From Cyanophora paradoxa CCMP329 (taxonomy: Eukaryota; Plantae; Glaucophyta): a stretch of 64,000 bases of DNA. Positions 1 to 11,900 of the stretch are shown here, piece after piece. Made by a program: the position numbers and the translations under genes. Location of the stretch: assembly GCA_004431415.1 (NCBI GenBank), contig QPMI01000530.1, forward strand, positions 62,001 through 126,000. The letters run 5' to 3'. Within the stretch, counting starts at the first letter, position 1, and each line of letters begins with the position of its first letter. The notes under the pieces are model-generated. The model searched no databases, was not told where the DNA came from, and worked only from the letters and a program-made list of their open reading frames with translations.

Positions 1-3000
1 TGGCCGCGCGCGTCGTATTGGCCGCGCGCGTCCCGTTGACGACGGATGTCCCGTTGAGGGCCTGGTTCGCGAGGCGGACGACGGGCGCGACCGTCCGCAC
101 GAACTCGATGGGGGGCCACTTCAGCAGGGAGAGCTTGGCGAGGGAGGAGACGACGCTCCTCGGGTTGCCCGACAGGATCGTCAGCACGTACTGGTTCCGT
201 GGGACCCACGTCGAGTCGACCTGTGGCCCCTCCAGCTCCACCTCGTACGCTGCCATGCGAGTTACATTACAGAAAGCCGCTGGCGGAACACTCGCAGCGC
301 GGCGGGAGCCGCGCACGCGACACGGTGAACGGATCCGTGTTGGCGAAGTACGTCCCGACGGGCGTCTTGACCGTCACGCGGACGAAGAGGCCCGTCGCGA
401 ACGCGTCCACTTCCGCCGCCCACCTCACGAAACCCGACGAGACTTCCTTGGGCGAGGTTGCGATGTTCTAGACATAATGTATCAGCTCGAGCGAGACGTC
501 GCAGAAACAAAGAGATGGCTGGAAGAGAAAGAGGCAAGTCGGACCTTGACGAGCGTGTCGGACTCGGCGTCCATCAGATCGACGGTGACGACCTGCGGCA
601 GCGACAGGCCGCGCGCGTACCACCCGATTTCCACGATCGCGCCCAACGTGATCGTGCCTGTTTCGCCGCCGTACAGCGCGGGTGCGTACACAATGACGTC
701 AGGCGAGACTGTGCCCATGATGGCCTCGATGTCCGCCGGCACGACCTTGAACGGATCGCTCTCAAGGAAGAGGTTCGTGGATATGTTCGGACCGAGCAGA
801 TCGACGGTCACTCGGTACATTCCGGTGGGGAAGTAGATCGGCAGCTCGGCGAGGCACAGTCCGATGTTCTGCGCGTCGCAGACGGTGAAGGCGTCGACGG
901 AGCCGTCGATGGGGAAGGCCTGGACGCGGGCCCTTCTGTAGACGGAGACGTCGCACGCCCACGAGGCCGAGACGGGCCCGCCGGCCACGACGACCGTCGT
1001 CCCGTCTGGGTACAGCAGCTGCGGCGGAGAGTCCGAGGCCTGCAGCGCGCATTCGTTGGTCGAACGTCGAAGAAGACCGAGAAACTACTTCAAAATCCAG
1101 GAATTAAAAAGACCTTGGGGGGCTCGGGGATGTAAGGCGCCGTGGGTACCGCGTTCACGAAGGCTGCGACAGCTTCATCAATATTTGAGAGAGAAAGTCG
1201 AGAGCGATCGCGAGCGCCAGTGCAGTTGTACCGTTCGCGAAGCTCGGCACACGGCGGAGGCCCCAGGCGATCAGGCCCGAGGGCCCTCCGACGTAGAAGT
1301 TGCCCGAGTAGAAAAACGAGGCGCGCGAGCCGGCGGCCGGCGGCGCGCCGGACGGGACGAGCTTCATCCAGCTCCCGAGCGGCACGTCGTAGATGAAGAG
1401 CTCCGAGGCCGCGACGGGCTCGTCCGCGGGGCCGTACCCGCCCGTGACGTAGACCTGCGCCTCGCGTGGGCAGGCAGCGCAGATCTCACCGATCTTTTAA
1501 CAAAGGCGAGAATGAAGAACCTGGGAGCCCGTGGAAGAGACCTGGACCGCCGCGAGGGCGCGCGGCGAGGGCGGTTCCCCGAATGCAGCCTCCATGACGA
1601 GCTCGCTGAGCGGCGGCTCGCCTGTCGCAACGGAAGCGTCCAGCCGTGCTAATACGAGCTCGTTGAAGAATTGCTGTGCGCCCTCTCCGGATGTCACTCC
1701 GCCGAACACGAAGAAGGGCGATGCGCCAAAGGCGCCGGGGCTAGCGGCGACGCCGACGCCAGTTCGAGCGGGGCTCGTGAAACGCGTCGTGGGCGCGACG
1801 AGCGACCATTGCAGCGAAGTTAGCTCGAAGGACCACGCGTCGGTAAAGCCTTGGCTGGCCGCGCCCGCGCCTCCCCTGCGCGACGGTGCAATCATGAGCG
1901 CAACAGATTCGGATGCGAGAAGAAATGATGAGAGCGCACGCGAGGAACAGAGTCGTGTCGCCGGCTCGGGCTAGAAGGGCGCCGTAGCGCGGGGCGGGAC
2001 CAGCGCCAGTGGTGTTGATGGAGGTCCAAGAGGAAGTGATCGTCGAATACGTGTGCAGGCTGCTCGTTGGCGCACCATCGCTTAGGCCGCCAAATACTGG
2101 ATGCAAGTCAGCGCGACAGAGGAAAATCTCGGAGACATCGAACAGAAATTCAGGAACCGTAAATGAGAGGTTCAGCGCAGGCAAAGGCGGCTTGCGCGGC
2201 CTGGAACTTGGAGGCGAGTCCGTCGCTCCAGGAGGCCCGCACGAAGCTGAAGGCTCTGATGGAGATAGTCGAATTGACGGTCAGACCGACCGTGAACAGA
2301 CTCGAGCCGAAGATGCAGGCGTGCTCGTAGCTGGCGCTCCCGGAGAGTACCGTCGTCCAGATGCCCCCGGGCGCGCTGCCCGGCTTCGGGTTTATGATTC
2401 TGCCGCGCAAGTGCATCAGCGCGCGGGGTCGGCAAGCTGTAAGAGAAGCACGCGCGAGCGCACTCGTCCATGCTCTCAAATGTCAGGCCCTGGATGAGCG
2501 AAGCGCCCGGCTCGCCCATCTCCACGGCCGCCCCCAGATTCACAGCCGCCTGCGATTGCAATCCGCTGTCAGCGCCGACGCAGCCATCCGCCGCCCCAAA
2601 TCCAAAGCAGCGAACCTCCATGCCGCGCGGGCCTCGGCCGAGGACGAGAGACACTGTGTCCGAGCGCCCCGCGGGGCTGCTCTGGACCTGCGCCAGCCGG
2701 CGCCGCCGCGCAGTGGCGACCGTGGCGTTCTGTCCGCTCGTCTCCGAGATGCGATCCAGCAGATAATCGATCCCGACAAGGCCGATGGTCGCGCGGACCG
2801 TTGCAGGGACGGGCTCTGCGGCTGCACACACGGCGGAAATAGAAGGAAGAGCGCTAGCCAAAACAGACGCCGAAATCGACGGGGCCTGACGCATGAAGGC
2901 GGTTCGATTCCCGTCGTCCCCGCAGCCAAAGGAGCGGGGGCCCAGTGACGGGGCGCCGAACGCCCACAGGCGGAAGTTCGATAGGGCAACCCATCCGCGA

Positions 3001-5971
3001 CGGGCGCCGGTGCCGCCCGTGTACACGGACACGTTCAGCAGGCCGGCCTCGATGCTCTCCCCCACTCGCGCCGACATCGGCACAGCCTCGGATACTGCCA
3101 GAGTCGCGTTCTGTCGCCACTCCACCAGCTCCTACGACGTGCATTTTGTTAAGTTTGGCCCAATACAATACAGAGACAGCTGTGCGAGAAGGGAAGATCG
3201 CCACTGACCCCCGTCGCGTCGGCGATGCGGAGCGATGCCACACCCCAGCGGCCCTCCGACATGCCGAGGCGCACCTGCAGGTACCGGGCCGGGCCCCCTG
3301 CGCCAGCCGTCAGCACGCGGCCGCCTAGATCCCATTTCACTGCGGCGCAGCGCACTCGCTGTCGCCCATCTCGCGGGGTCGTTCCAAACGAGCGTGAAGT
3401 TCGCGACCGCTTCGAAGTGGGAGGCCGGGTCCACTCCCGTGTCAACCGAGGCCTGAAGCCAAGGTCAGTCTGATTTAACATGCGGTCTGCTGTAAATAAA
3501 CCGAATTAATTCACGCACGGCCGCCATGCCCCGCTGCGGACTCTCGACGCTGATGCCATCCACAACGGCAAAGAGGCGGCCACTGAAGTAGGCATCGCCG
3601 TCACTCGCTCCCATCCTGAACAGCGCCGCCCGCGGGGGAATCCAAGCGGATCCTGCAAAGTCTTAATCAGCTTAATCTCAGCTTAATCGACACGTATTTA
3701 GACGGACCGCGGCTGTCGCGTAGGACGAACTCGAGGGCGGGATCGGAGCAGCCCGTCGCCGGGTCCTCGTCCATTAGGCAGGCAACAGCCGCGTACGTGC
3801 CTGCGCAGAGTCAGCTCTGCCATGAAATTCGGAAATTCGGAGCCCGAGGAACAAACGGCGCACCGCCGACTGAGAATTGGGGCGGGTTGAGGGAGACCGA
3901 GGTGATCTGCCGGCTTAGGGAGTTGCCCGCCGGGTTGCTCGCTGTGAAGGAGAGGACGGGGCGCATGTTGGCGACGGAGACAAGGCGAATCTACCGAAAT
4001 AGATAAGCGCAGATGCATTACATAAAAACAGGAAGCGCACCGTAATTCCCCATGTAAAACCGCCGACGATGTAATTAATGGGCAGCGATGATCCGATTTG
4101 GACCATTGCGGGCGGCTCGCCCGTAACGCGCGCCGTCCCCGGCTCGACCTCGAGCCGAACCACATGTGTGCCTATGACGAGGTAGAATTGGCGCGCCGTT
4201 GGGCCCGGACGAAGGACGATCTGCGACGGCTCAGAAGTGCAGCAAGCGACAGCTGCATAGATGACGAGCAAGCGCACGCTGTCAACCGGCCCACTGCCGC
4301 TGACCTCGGAAAAAACCGAGGTAATATCGACAACGGTACTGGGCTCGATCGCGCCCTCTAACACCGAAACGAGGCCGAGCCGCGGGCCGCCGCCGGCGTC
4401 GCCGCTGCCAATGGCGACGACGGCGTACGCACGGCTGGCGAGGTAGAAATCGAGCACGCGGCCGCCACCCTCGATCGCCGGTGTCTGCACCTGCATTTCC
4501 TGCGGCTCCTCTCCGGCACTGCTCGCCCGCAGGCTTGCGCGGTGGAAGCTGCCCGTGGTCGACAGGACGAGCACGTATTGCTCGTCAGGACTGACGGCGA
4601 AGGACTTGGGGCACACGTTGGGCATCTTGGCTGGCACGCTGGCCACGAGACCGGTCGAGTCCAGAATGTGGAAGTGCACGAGCCCCGTTCCCTCTCCGTT
4701 GCAGAGGGCGCCCTCCGCGTTGTCATCCGATTGGAGGAAGACCGCCCTCGAGCCGAGCCGCACCACCGCGGCCAGCACGATGAGCTTGCTGCTGCCGGCA
4801 GGAAGCGGCGGAAGCCTCTGAGCGCTGATCCCGCCGTCTTGCGCCACGAGCACGCGGTACAGGGACGCGTCGCGCGATCCTACGAAGATGACGGCGCGCT
4901 CGTCCGTGCCGCCGAGGTAGGCACCCGAGGACGGGCGCGGCAGCTCCGCCGCCGTCAGCGCGCCGCTGCGGCCGTCGGTCACGTTGAGCGCGACGAACGT
5001 GCGGTCGGCCTCGTCGCCTTCGAGCGCGACGAAGAACATGCTCTTGCCGTCCGTGAAGGCGGCCTTGGAGACGCCGCTCGAGGAGATCTCGATCGTCTTC
5101 AGCACGGCGTCGGACCCGGTCGTGCCCGCCATCAGCAGCACGGTGGCCCTCACGGGGCTGCTCGTCACCGCGACGCCCAGCGGGCCGCCGCCGGGCGACG
5201 TGGTCATGTGCGGGAAAGCGACCCCAGCGCCCATCGTCGCGTTCGGGTCCAGCGACAGGAGGACGCCGCCGTCCGGCAAGTTTATGCCTGCACACAGGGA
5301 TCGTGATCTAAACTGAATTACGCAATTTGAGAGGGAAGCAGACGCAGACCTGGAACGGGGACCCCCGAGTTTATGCTGCCCGTAGCGATGTACTTGAAGT
5401 TGGGGTTGGTCGCGACGCTGCCGTCGTACAAGAGCGTCATTGAGTAGACGGCCCGCAGATGGCCTCCCGAAACCAGAAGCAGCGTGTTCCGGGCAGCCGC
5501 AAGGGCGCCCGTGGAGGAGCCGTAATCGACACTGACGGAATCCTGGGCGTACTGAAGCAGCGCGCGGCGTAGCGTCTGCGCCAACGTTTCCGACGGCCTG
5601 TAGCCCGTCGATTCCTGAATTTGGGTTGCGATGGTCGAGTAAGGATCTGAAGCAGCGTCATTTCAGCTCATCGTTAGCGCAGACCGCTTGATTAAATCTC
5701 GAGATCGATGGACCGCACCAAGATCTGGATCGTAGACAATGGTCGCGAGGACGTTCTGCTCGATAGGCTCGCCGTAGAAGGGGTACGTGGGGTTCGCCCT
5801 CGGTGGCTCGCTAGAGTCCGGCTGAGATGCACTGTAAATGCCGGAGAGTAACGGCGAGGTTCCGGGCAGCGTTCCCAAGAGCGCAAAGAAAGTCTGAGAA
5901 CGTTTCGGTTATATATATGAATCGACAGCGAGGAAATCTATATGCTACTTATGAATTAAACAGTATCGCAC
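1..5971 (-). CDS. C-terminal exons of the giant gene: non-Kelch beta-propeller-like exon (~4040-5290), possible galactose-binding/F5-8-like jelly-roll segments, an RRRRL basic motif and further Kelch-like blades
   Basis: ORF 3915-5279 has WD/YVTN-like strands (PKSFAVSPDEQYVLVLS). RYLQVRL..WGVASLRI at ~3230-3290; ATARRRRLAQ at ~2690-2720; FTDAWSFELTSLQWSLV..FFVFGG at ~1690-1850. Domain identities are inferred. Confidence 0.55.
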
Positions 5972-8900
5972 CGAGGTGGCCAGCGCTTCCGACTCGAACG
6001 TGTAGGTGATTGTTACCTGGTTCATCAGACTGCGGGCGTCGGTTGTGCTTGAGCCAGAGTCGGGGGCGATCCCATCTTGAGTGATGACGGGCGCGGGGTC
6101 GAACGTTGCGTAGCCCATGAGTCGCGCAAGCAGCTCTTGGCCGCTGCCGACCACGGCCGGATTGTAATAGACCACTTCGGTCACGACATACTGCGCCGCA
6201 GCTGTGGTAAAGGGCGCGGACGAAACGCTTGGAGAAGTCCCAGCCGTGTTGCTGACTGAGGCAGTGCAGATGTACGTCGAGCTGGGGGATAGGCCCGTCA
6301 CGTCGAACGTCGAGAGAGCATCCGCGCGTCCCACTGCAATTAACGAGCTCCAACTGATTTGAGCGCCATTTGCTAGGGCGCAGCTCGCTGAGACGCTGCT
6401 GATCCATGCACCCCCATTGTACGCAAAGACTGCCGTCAATGTCGCGCCGTTGCGCTGCACGTTTGCGACCGACAACGAAGTGGGGCGCCACGGCGCCTCG
6501 GGAATCGTAATGAAAGCGAGCGAGAAGTTCGTGCGCGAGGTGCCGGCCGAGTTTGTGGCGTTCGCAAGGAAGGCATAAGTTGTGTTGGGGACGAGTCCTG
6601 TGGCCAAAAATGCCACGCGCACCGTGCCGAGACCAGGGACAACCGGAGCGGCGTCCGTCCACACAATAGCCGCTCCGAGTAGATCGGACGCGGGCGCCAA
6701 GGCACAGCTTGCAGCCACACGCGTGATGAATGCCCCTCCGTTATATCCCATCGTAATGTTCAAGGTCGCATTCCGCGGCTGGATCAGGGAAACGTCGAGG
6801 GCGACTGGCGGGACAGGGGGCTCTGGAATCGTGATGAAAGCGCTGCTCTGCGTATTCCTCGAGACGCCCGCCGAATTCGTGAAATTCGCTGAGCACACGT
6901 AGGTGTTGTTCGGAACAAGCCCTGTGGCGCTTGCAGTAGCGGAGGACGCGCCAGGAGGCGTGTTGACAAAACCGCCCCACACGGACATGCTTGGGTTAAC
7001 GTTGGCATTGACGACCAGCGCGCAGCTGAAGGTAGCGCGCGTGATTATGGCCCCACCATTGTAGCCGAAGTTTGCAACGAGAGTTGCGGAGCGCGGGAAA
7101 ATTGCGGTGACCGCAACTGAAGATGGCGCAGCTGCTGGCTCCGGTATGGTCAGGAACGACGAAGACGACGTGAGTGGAGAGACTCCAGCAGCATTCGTCG
7201 TGTTTGCAGAACATATGTACGATGTGCTTGGAACCAGGCCTAAGATGCTGAACTGAGCCATACTCGTGCCTTCAGACACATTGAGTCTGGCACCCCACAC
7301 CGATCCACTTCCAAAGCCGGATGGGCGACACGAAACAGAAGTCTCTGTAATCCACGATCCTCCATTATACGCGAATATGACAGTGACGGTCGCGTTGCGT
7401 GGGAAGATCGCTGAAACAATGACAGAAGAGGGAGGGTAAGGACGTTCGACACCTGTGTGCACATTCGAAGAATTGCTCCAGGAGGTTCCAGCAATGTTCG
7501 TTGCGTTTGCCGAGCAAACGTACGTCGTGTTCGGCCACAGCCCTGTCGCGTTCAGTCGCGCCACCGTCCCTGCCGCACCATCGACCACCGGCACGCTGCC
7601 CTGCCAGGTGACAGCTCCCTTGCTTGCAGTGACGCAGCTCGCCGACACGAGAGAGATGAACGAACCGCCATTGTACGCCAATGTCACAACGAGGGTCACT
7701 CCACGCGACACAATGTCCTCGAACGCAACTGAAGCTGGGGGCTGGGAGATCTCTGCAATTGTGATGAAGCGCTCCGAGCTTGTGCTGATGGATGTGCCCG
7801 CCGAGTTCGTCGTGTTTGCAGCACACAAGTAGGTCGTGTTCGGGAACAGGCCGACCACTGAAAGCACTGATTCTGCGTCACCTTCGGCAACGGCCGCTAC
7901 ATCGCCCCAGACCGCCGCGCCGTCGTCCGGCGTGCAGTGGGCGGTCGTCGTTGTGATCCAGGCACCGCCATTGTAGGCGAACGTGACAGTGAGAGAAGCA
8001 TTGCGTGGCTGAATGGCCGAGACGTTGACCCAGAGCGGCGCTGTAGGTGGCTCCGGGATGGTAATGAATGTGATGGATGAGTTTGTTGGGGAGGTGCCCG
8101 CATCATTCGTCGCATTCGCATCGCAAACGTACGTGGTGTTGGGCGTCATCCCGCTGACCAGGAAAGTGACAGACGTGTCGGTTTCAGGGTTGGGTACAGC
8201 AGTCGCGCCAGAGCCCTCCGTTGCTCCAGGTGTCTGCGGCAGGCACCGAGCCTGGATGGACGTGATAAACGACCCCCCATTGTAACCGAAGAGGACCGTG
8301 ATTGTGGCGTTCCGGGGCTGGATACCAGACATTTCGACCAACGCAGGTGCCGCGGCAGGCTCGATGCCAGAAATCACCGTGGCGGACGTGGTCGGAGAAG
8401 TGTCGACAGCGTTCGTTGCGTTTGCGGAGCAAACGTACGTCGTGTTCGGCCACAGCCCTGTCGCTTTCAGTTGCGCCACCGTCCGTGCCGCACCATCGAC
8501 CACCGGCACGCTGCCCTGCCAGGTGACAGCTCCCTCGCTTGCAGTGACGCAGCTCGCCGACACGAGAGAGATGAACGACCCGCCATTGTACGCCAATGTC
8601 ACAACGAGGGTCACTCCACGCGACACAATGTCCTCGAACGCAACTGAAGCTGGGGGCTGGGAGATCTCTGCAATTGTGATGAAGCGCTCCGAGCTTGTGC
8701 TGATGGATGTGCCCGCCGAGTTCGTCGTGTTTGCAGCACACGTGTAGGTCGTGTTCGGGAACAGGCCGACCACTGAAAGCACTGATTCTGCGTCACCTTC
8801 GGCAACGGCCGCTACATCGCCCCAGACCGCCGCGCCGTCGTCCGGCGTGCAGTGGGCGGTCGTCGTTGTGATCCAGGCACCGCCATTGTAGGCGAACGTG

Positions 8901-11900
8901 ACAGTGAGAGAAGCATTGCGTGGCTGAATGGCCGAGACGTTGACCCAGAGCGGCGCTGTAGGTGGCTCCGGGATGGTAATGAATGTGATGGATGAGTTTG
9001 TTGGGGAGGTGCCCGCATCATTCGTCGCATTCGCATCGCAAACGTACGTGGTGTTGGGCGTCATCCCGCTGACCAGGAAAGTGACAGACGTGTCGGTTTC
9101 AGGGTTGGGTACAGCAGTCGCGCCAGAGCCCTCCGTTGCTCCAGGTGTCTGCGGCAGGCACCGAGCCTGGATGGACGTGATAAACGACCCCCCATTGTAA
9201 CCGAAGAGGACCGTGATTGTGGCGTTCCGGGGCTGGATACCAGACATTTCGACCAACGCAGGTGCCGCGGCAGGCTCGATGCCAGAAATCACCGTGGCGG
9301 ACGTGGTCGGAGAAGTGTCGACAGCGTTCGTTGCGTTTGCGGAGCAAACGTACGTCGTGTTCGGCCACAGCCCTGTCGCGTTCAGTCGCGCCACCGTCCC
9401 TGCCGCACCATCGACCACCGGCACGCTGCCCTGCCAGGTGACAGCTCCCTCGCTTGCAGTGACGCAGCTCGCCGACACGAGAGAGATGAACGACCCGCCA
9501 TTGTACGCCAATGTCACAACGAGGGTCACTCCACGCGACACAATGTCCTCGAACGCAACTGAAGCTGGGGGCTGGGAGATCTCTGCAATTGTGATGAAGC
9601 GCTCCGAGCTTGTGCTGATGGATGTGCCCGCCGAGTTCGTCGTGTTTGCAGCACACAAGTAGGTCGTGTTCGGGAACAGGCCGACCACTGAAAGCACTGA
9701 TTCTGCGTCACCTTCGGCAACAGCCGCCACACCGCCCCAGACTGCCGCGCCGTCGTCTGGCGTGCAGTGGGCGGCCGTCGTCGTGATCCAGGCACCGCCA
9801 TTGTAGGCAAACGTGACGGTGAGAGAGGCATTACGGGGCTGAATGGCCGAGATGTTGACCCAGAGTGGCGCCGTTGGCGGCTCCGGGATGGTGATGAACT
9901 CCAGCGACGTCATTCCAAGCGATGTCCCGGCCACACTCGTTAGATTCCCAGTGCAAGCGTACGTCGTGTTCGGCCAGAGACCCGTCGCCGTCAGCACTCC
10001 AAATGTCGTGCTCTCCGGCACAAGCACAGCCTCCGAGCCTGTCCATGTCGCAGTGGCTTCTCCGGGCGGCCCACAGCTCGCAGCAAATAGAGTGATCCAG
10101 GCACCGCCATTGTAGCCGAACGTCAGAGTCACTGTCGCGTTTCGCGGCTGGATTGCCGAGATGTTGACGAACACGGGCGGGGCCGGGGGCTCGGAGATCG
10201 TGATGAAGGGCGCCGAAGCATTGTTTAGAGACGTGCCAGCAGAGTTCGTGGTGTTTGCGGTGCAGATGTACGTGCCATTCGGAATTAGCCCCACTACCGG
10301 GAAGATGGCTTGCGTGTCATATGGGACAACAGTGGCGGATCCTTGCCAGACAAAGTCCCCGCCTGCTGCCAGCATGCACGACACTGCCACATTGCTGATC
10401 CAGGCGCCGCCATTGTAGGCGTAGAGAACAGTCAGCGTCACATTGCGAGGAAGGATATTCGAGATGAGAACAGCGGGTGCGGTTGGCGGCTCCGGGATGG
10501 TGATGAACTCCAGCGACGCCATTCCAAGCGATGTCCCGGCCACATTCGTTAGATTCCCAGTGCAAGCGTACGTCGTGTTCGGCCAGAGACCCGTCGCCGT
10601 CAGCACTCCAAATGTCGTGCTCTCCGGCACAAGCACAGCCTCCCAGCCTGTCCATGTCGCAGTGGCTTCTCCGGGCGGCCCGCAGCTCGCAGCAAATAGA
10701 GTGATCCAGGCACCGCCATTGTAGCCGAACGTCAGAGTCACCGTCGCATTTCGCGGCTGGATTGCCGAGATGTTGACGAACACGGGCGGGGCCGGGGGCT
10801 CGGAGATCGTGATGAAGGGCGCCGAAGCGTTGTTTAGAGACGTGCCAGCGGAGTTCGTGGTGTTTGCGGTGCAGATGTACGTGCCATTCGGAATTAGCCC
10901 CACTACCGGGAAGATGGCTTGCGTGTCATATGGGACAACAGTGGCGGATCCTTGCCAGACAAAGTCCCCGCCTGCTGCCAGCATGCACGACACTGCCACA
11001 CTGCTGATCCAGGCGCCGCCATTGTAGGCGTAGAGAACTGTCAGCGTCATATTGCGAGGAAGGATATTCGAGATGAGAACAGCGGGTGCGGTTGGCGGCT
11101 CCGGGATTGTTATGAACTCCAGCGACGCCGTACCAAGCGATGTCCCGGCCACATTCGTTAGATTCCCAGTGCAAGCGTACGTCGTGTTCGGCCAGAGACC
11201 CGTCGCCGTCAGCACTCCAAATGTCGTGCTCTCCGGCACAAGCACAGCCTCCGAGCCTGTCCATGTGACAGAGGCTTCTCCGGGCGGCCCGCAGCTCGCA
11301 GCAAGTAGAGTGATCCAGGCACCGCCATTGTAGCCAAACGTCAGAGTCACCGTCGCGTTTCGCGGCTGGATTGCCGAGATGTTGACGAACAGTGGTGGAG
11401 CAGGGGGCTCGGGGATCGTGATGAAGGGCGCCGAAGCGTTGTTCAGAGACGTGCCAGCGGAGTTCGTGGTGTTCGCAGAGCAGATGTACGTTGTATTAGG
11501 GATGAGTCCTGCTACAAACAGGACAGCGCTGTACAATTCTGGAGCGACGTTGACCGAGCCTTGCCAGGCGCCCAAGCCTGTGCTCGCATCTGTGCAGCTT
11601 GCCTCCACTCTCGACACCCAAGCACCTCCATTGTATCCGAAGCTGACGAGCAAAGTCACATTCCGTGGTTGAATGTTCAAAACGTCGATGGCCGCCGGCG
11701 CTGCAGGCGGCTCGGGGATGGTCGTGAAAGCGATCGATGATGTCGCGGCAGTCGTAGTAGTCTCTGTCGAAGCGTTTGCGGTGCACGTGTAAGTCGTGTT
11801 GGGGATGAGATTCGAAGCCCCCAGAAACGAGACGCCGGCCCGATCATCTACATCAGCGCTTCCGCTCCAGTGCGGCGCTTCGCCTGCAGACGGCGCGCAA

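Noticed and set aside
7495-11490. CRISPR array or DGR-like repeat pair
   Set aside because: These are long in-frame coding repeats with no spacers, no cas or RT gene and no evident adenine-specific variation.
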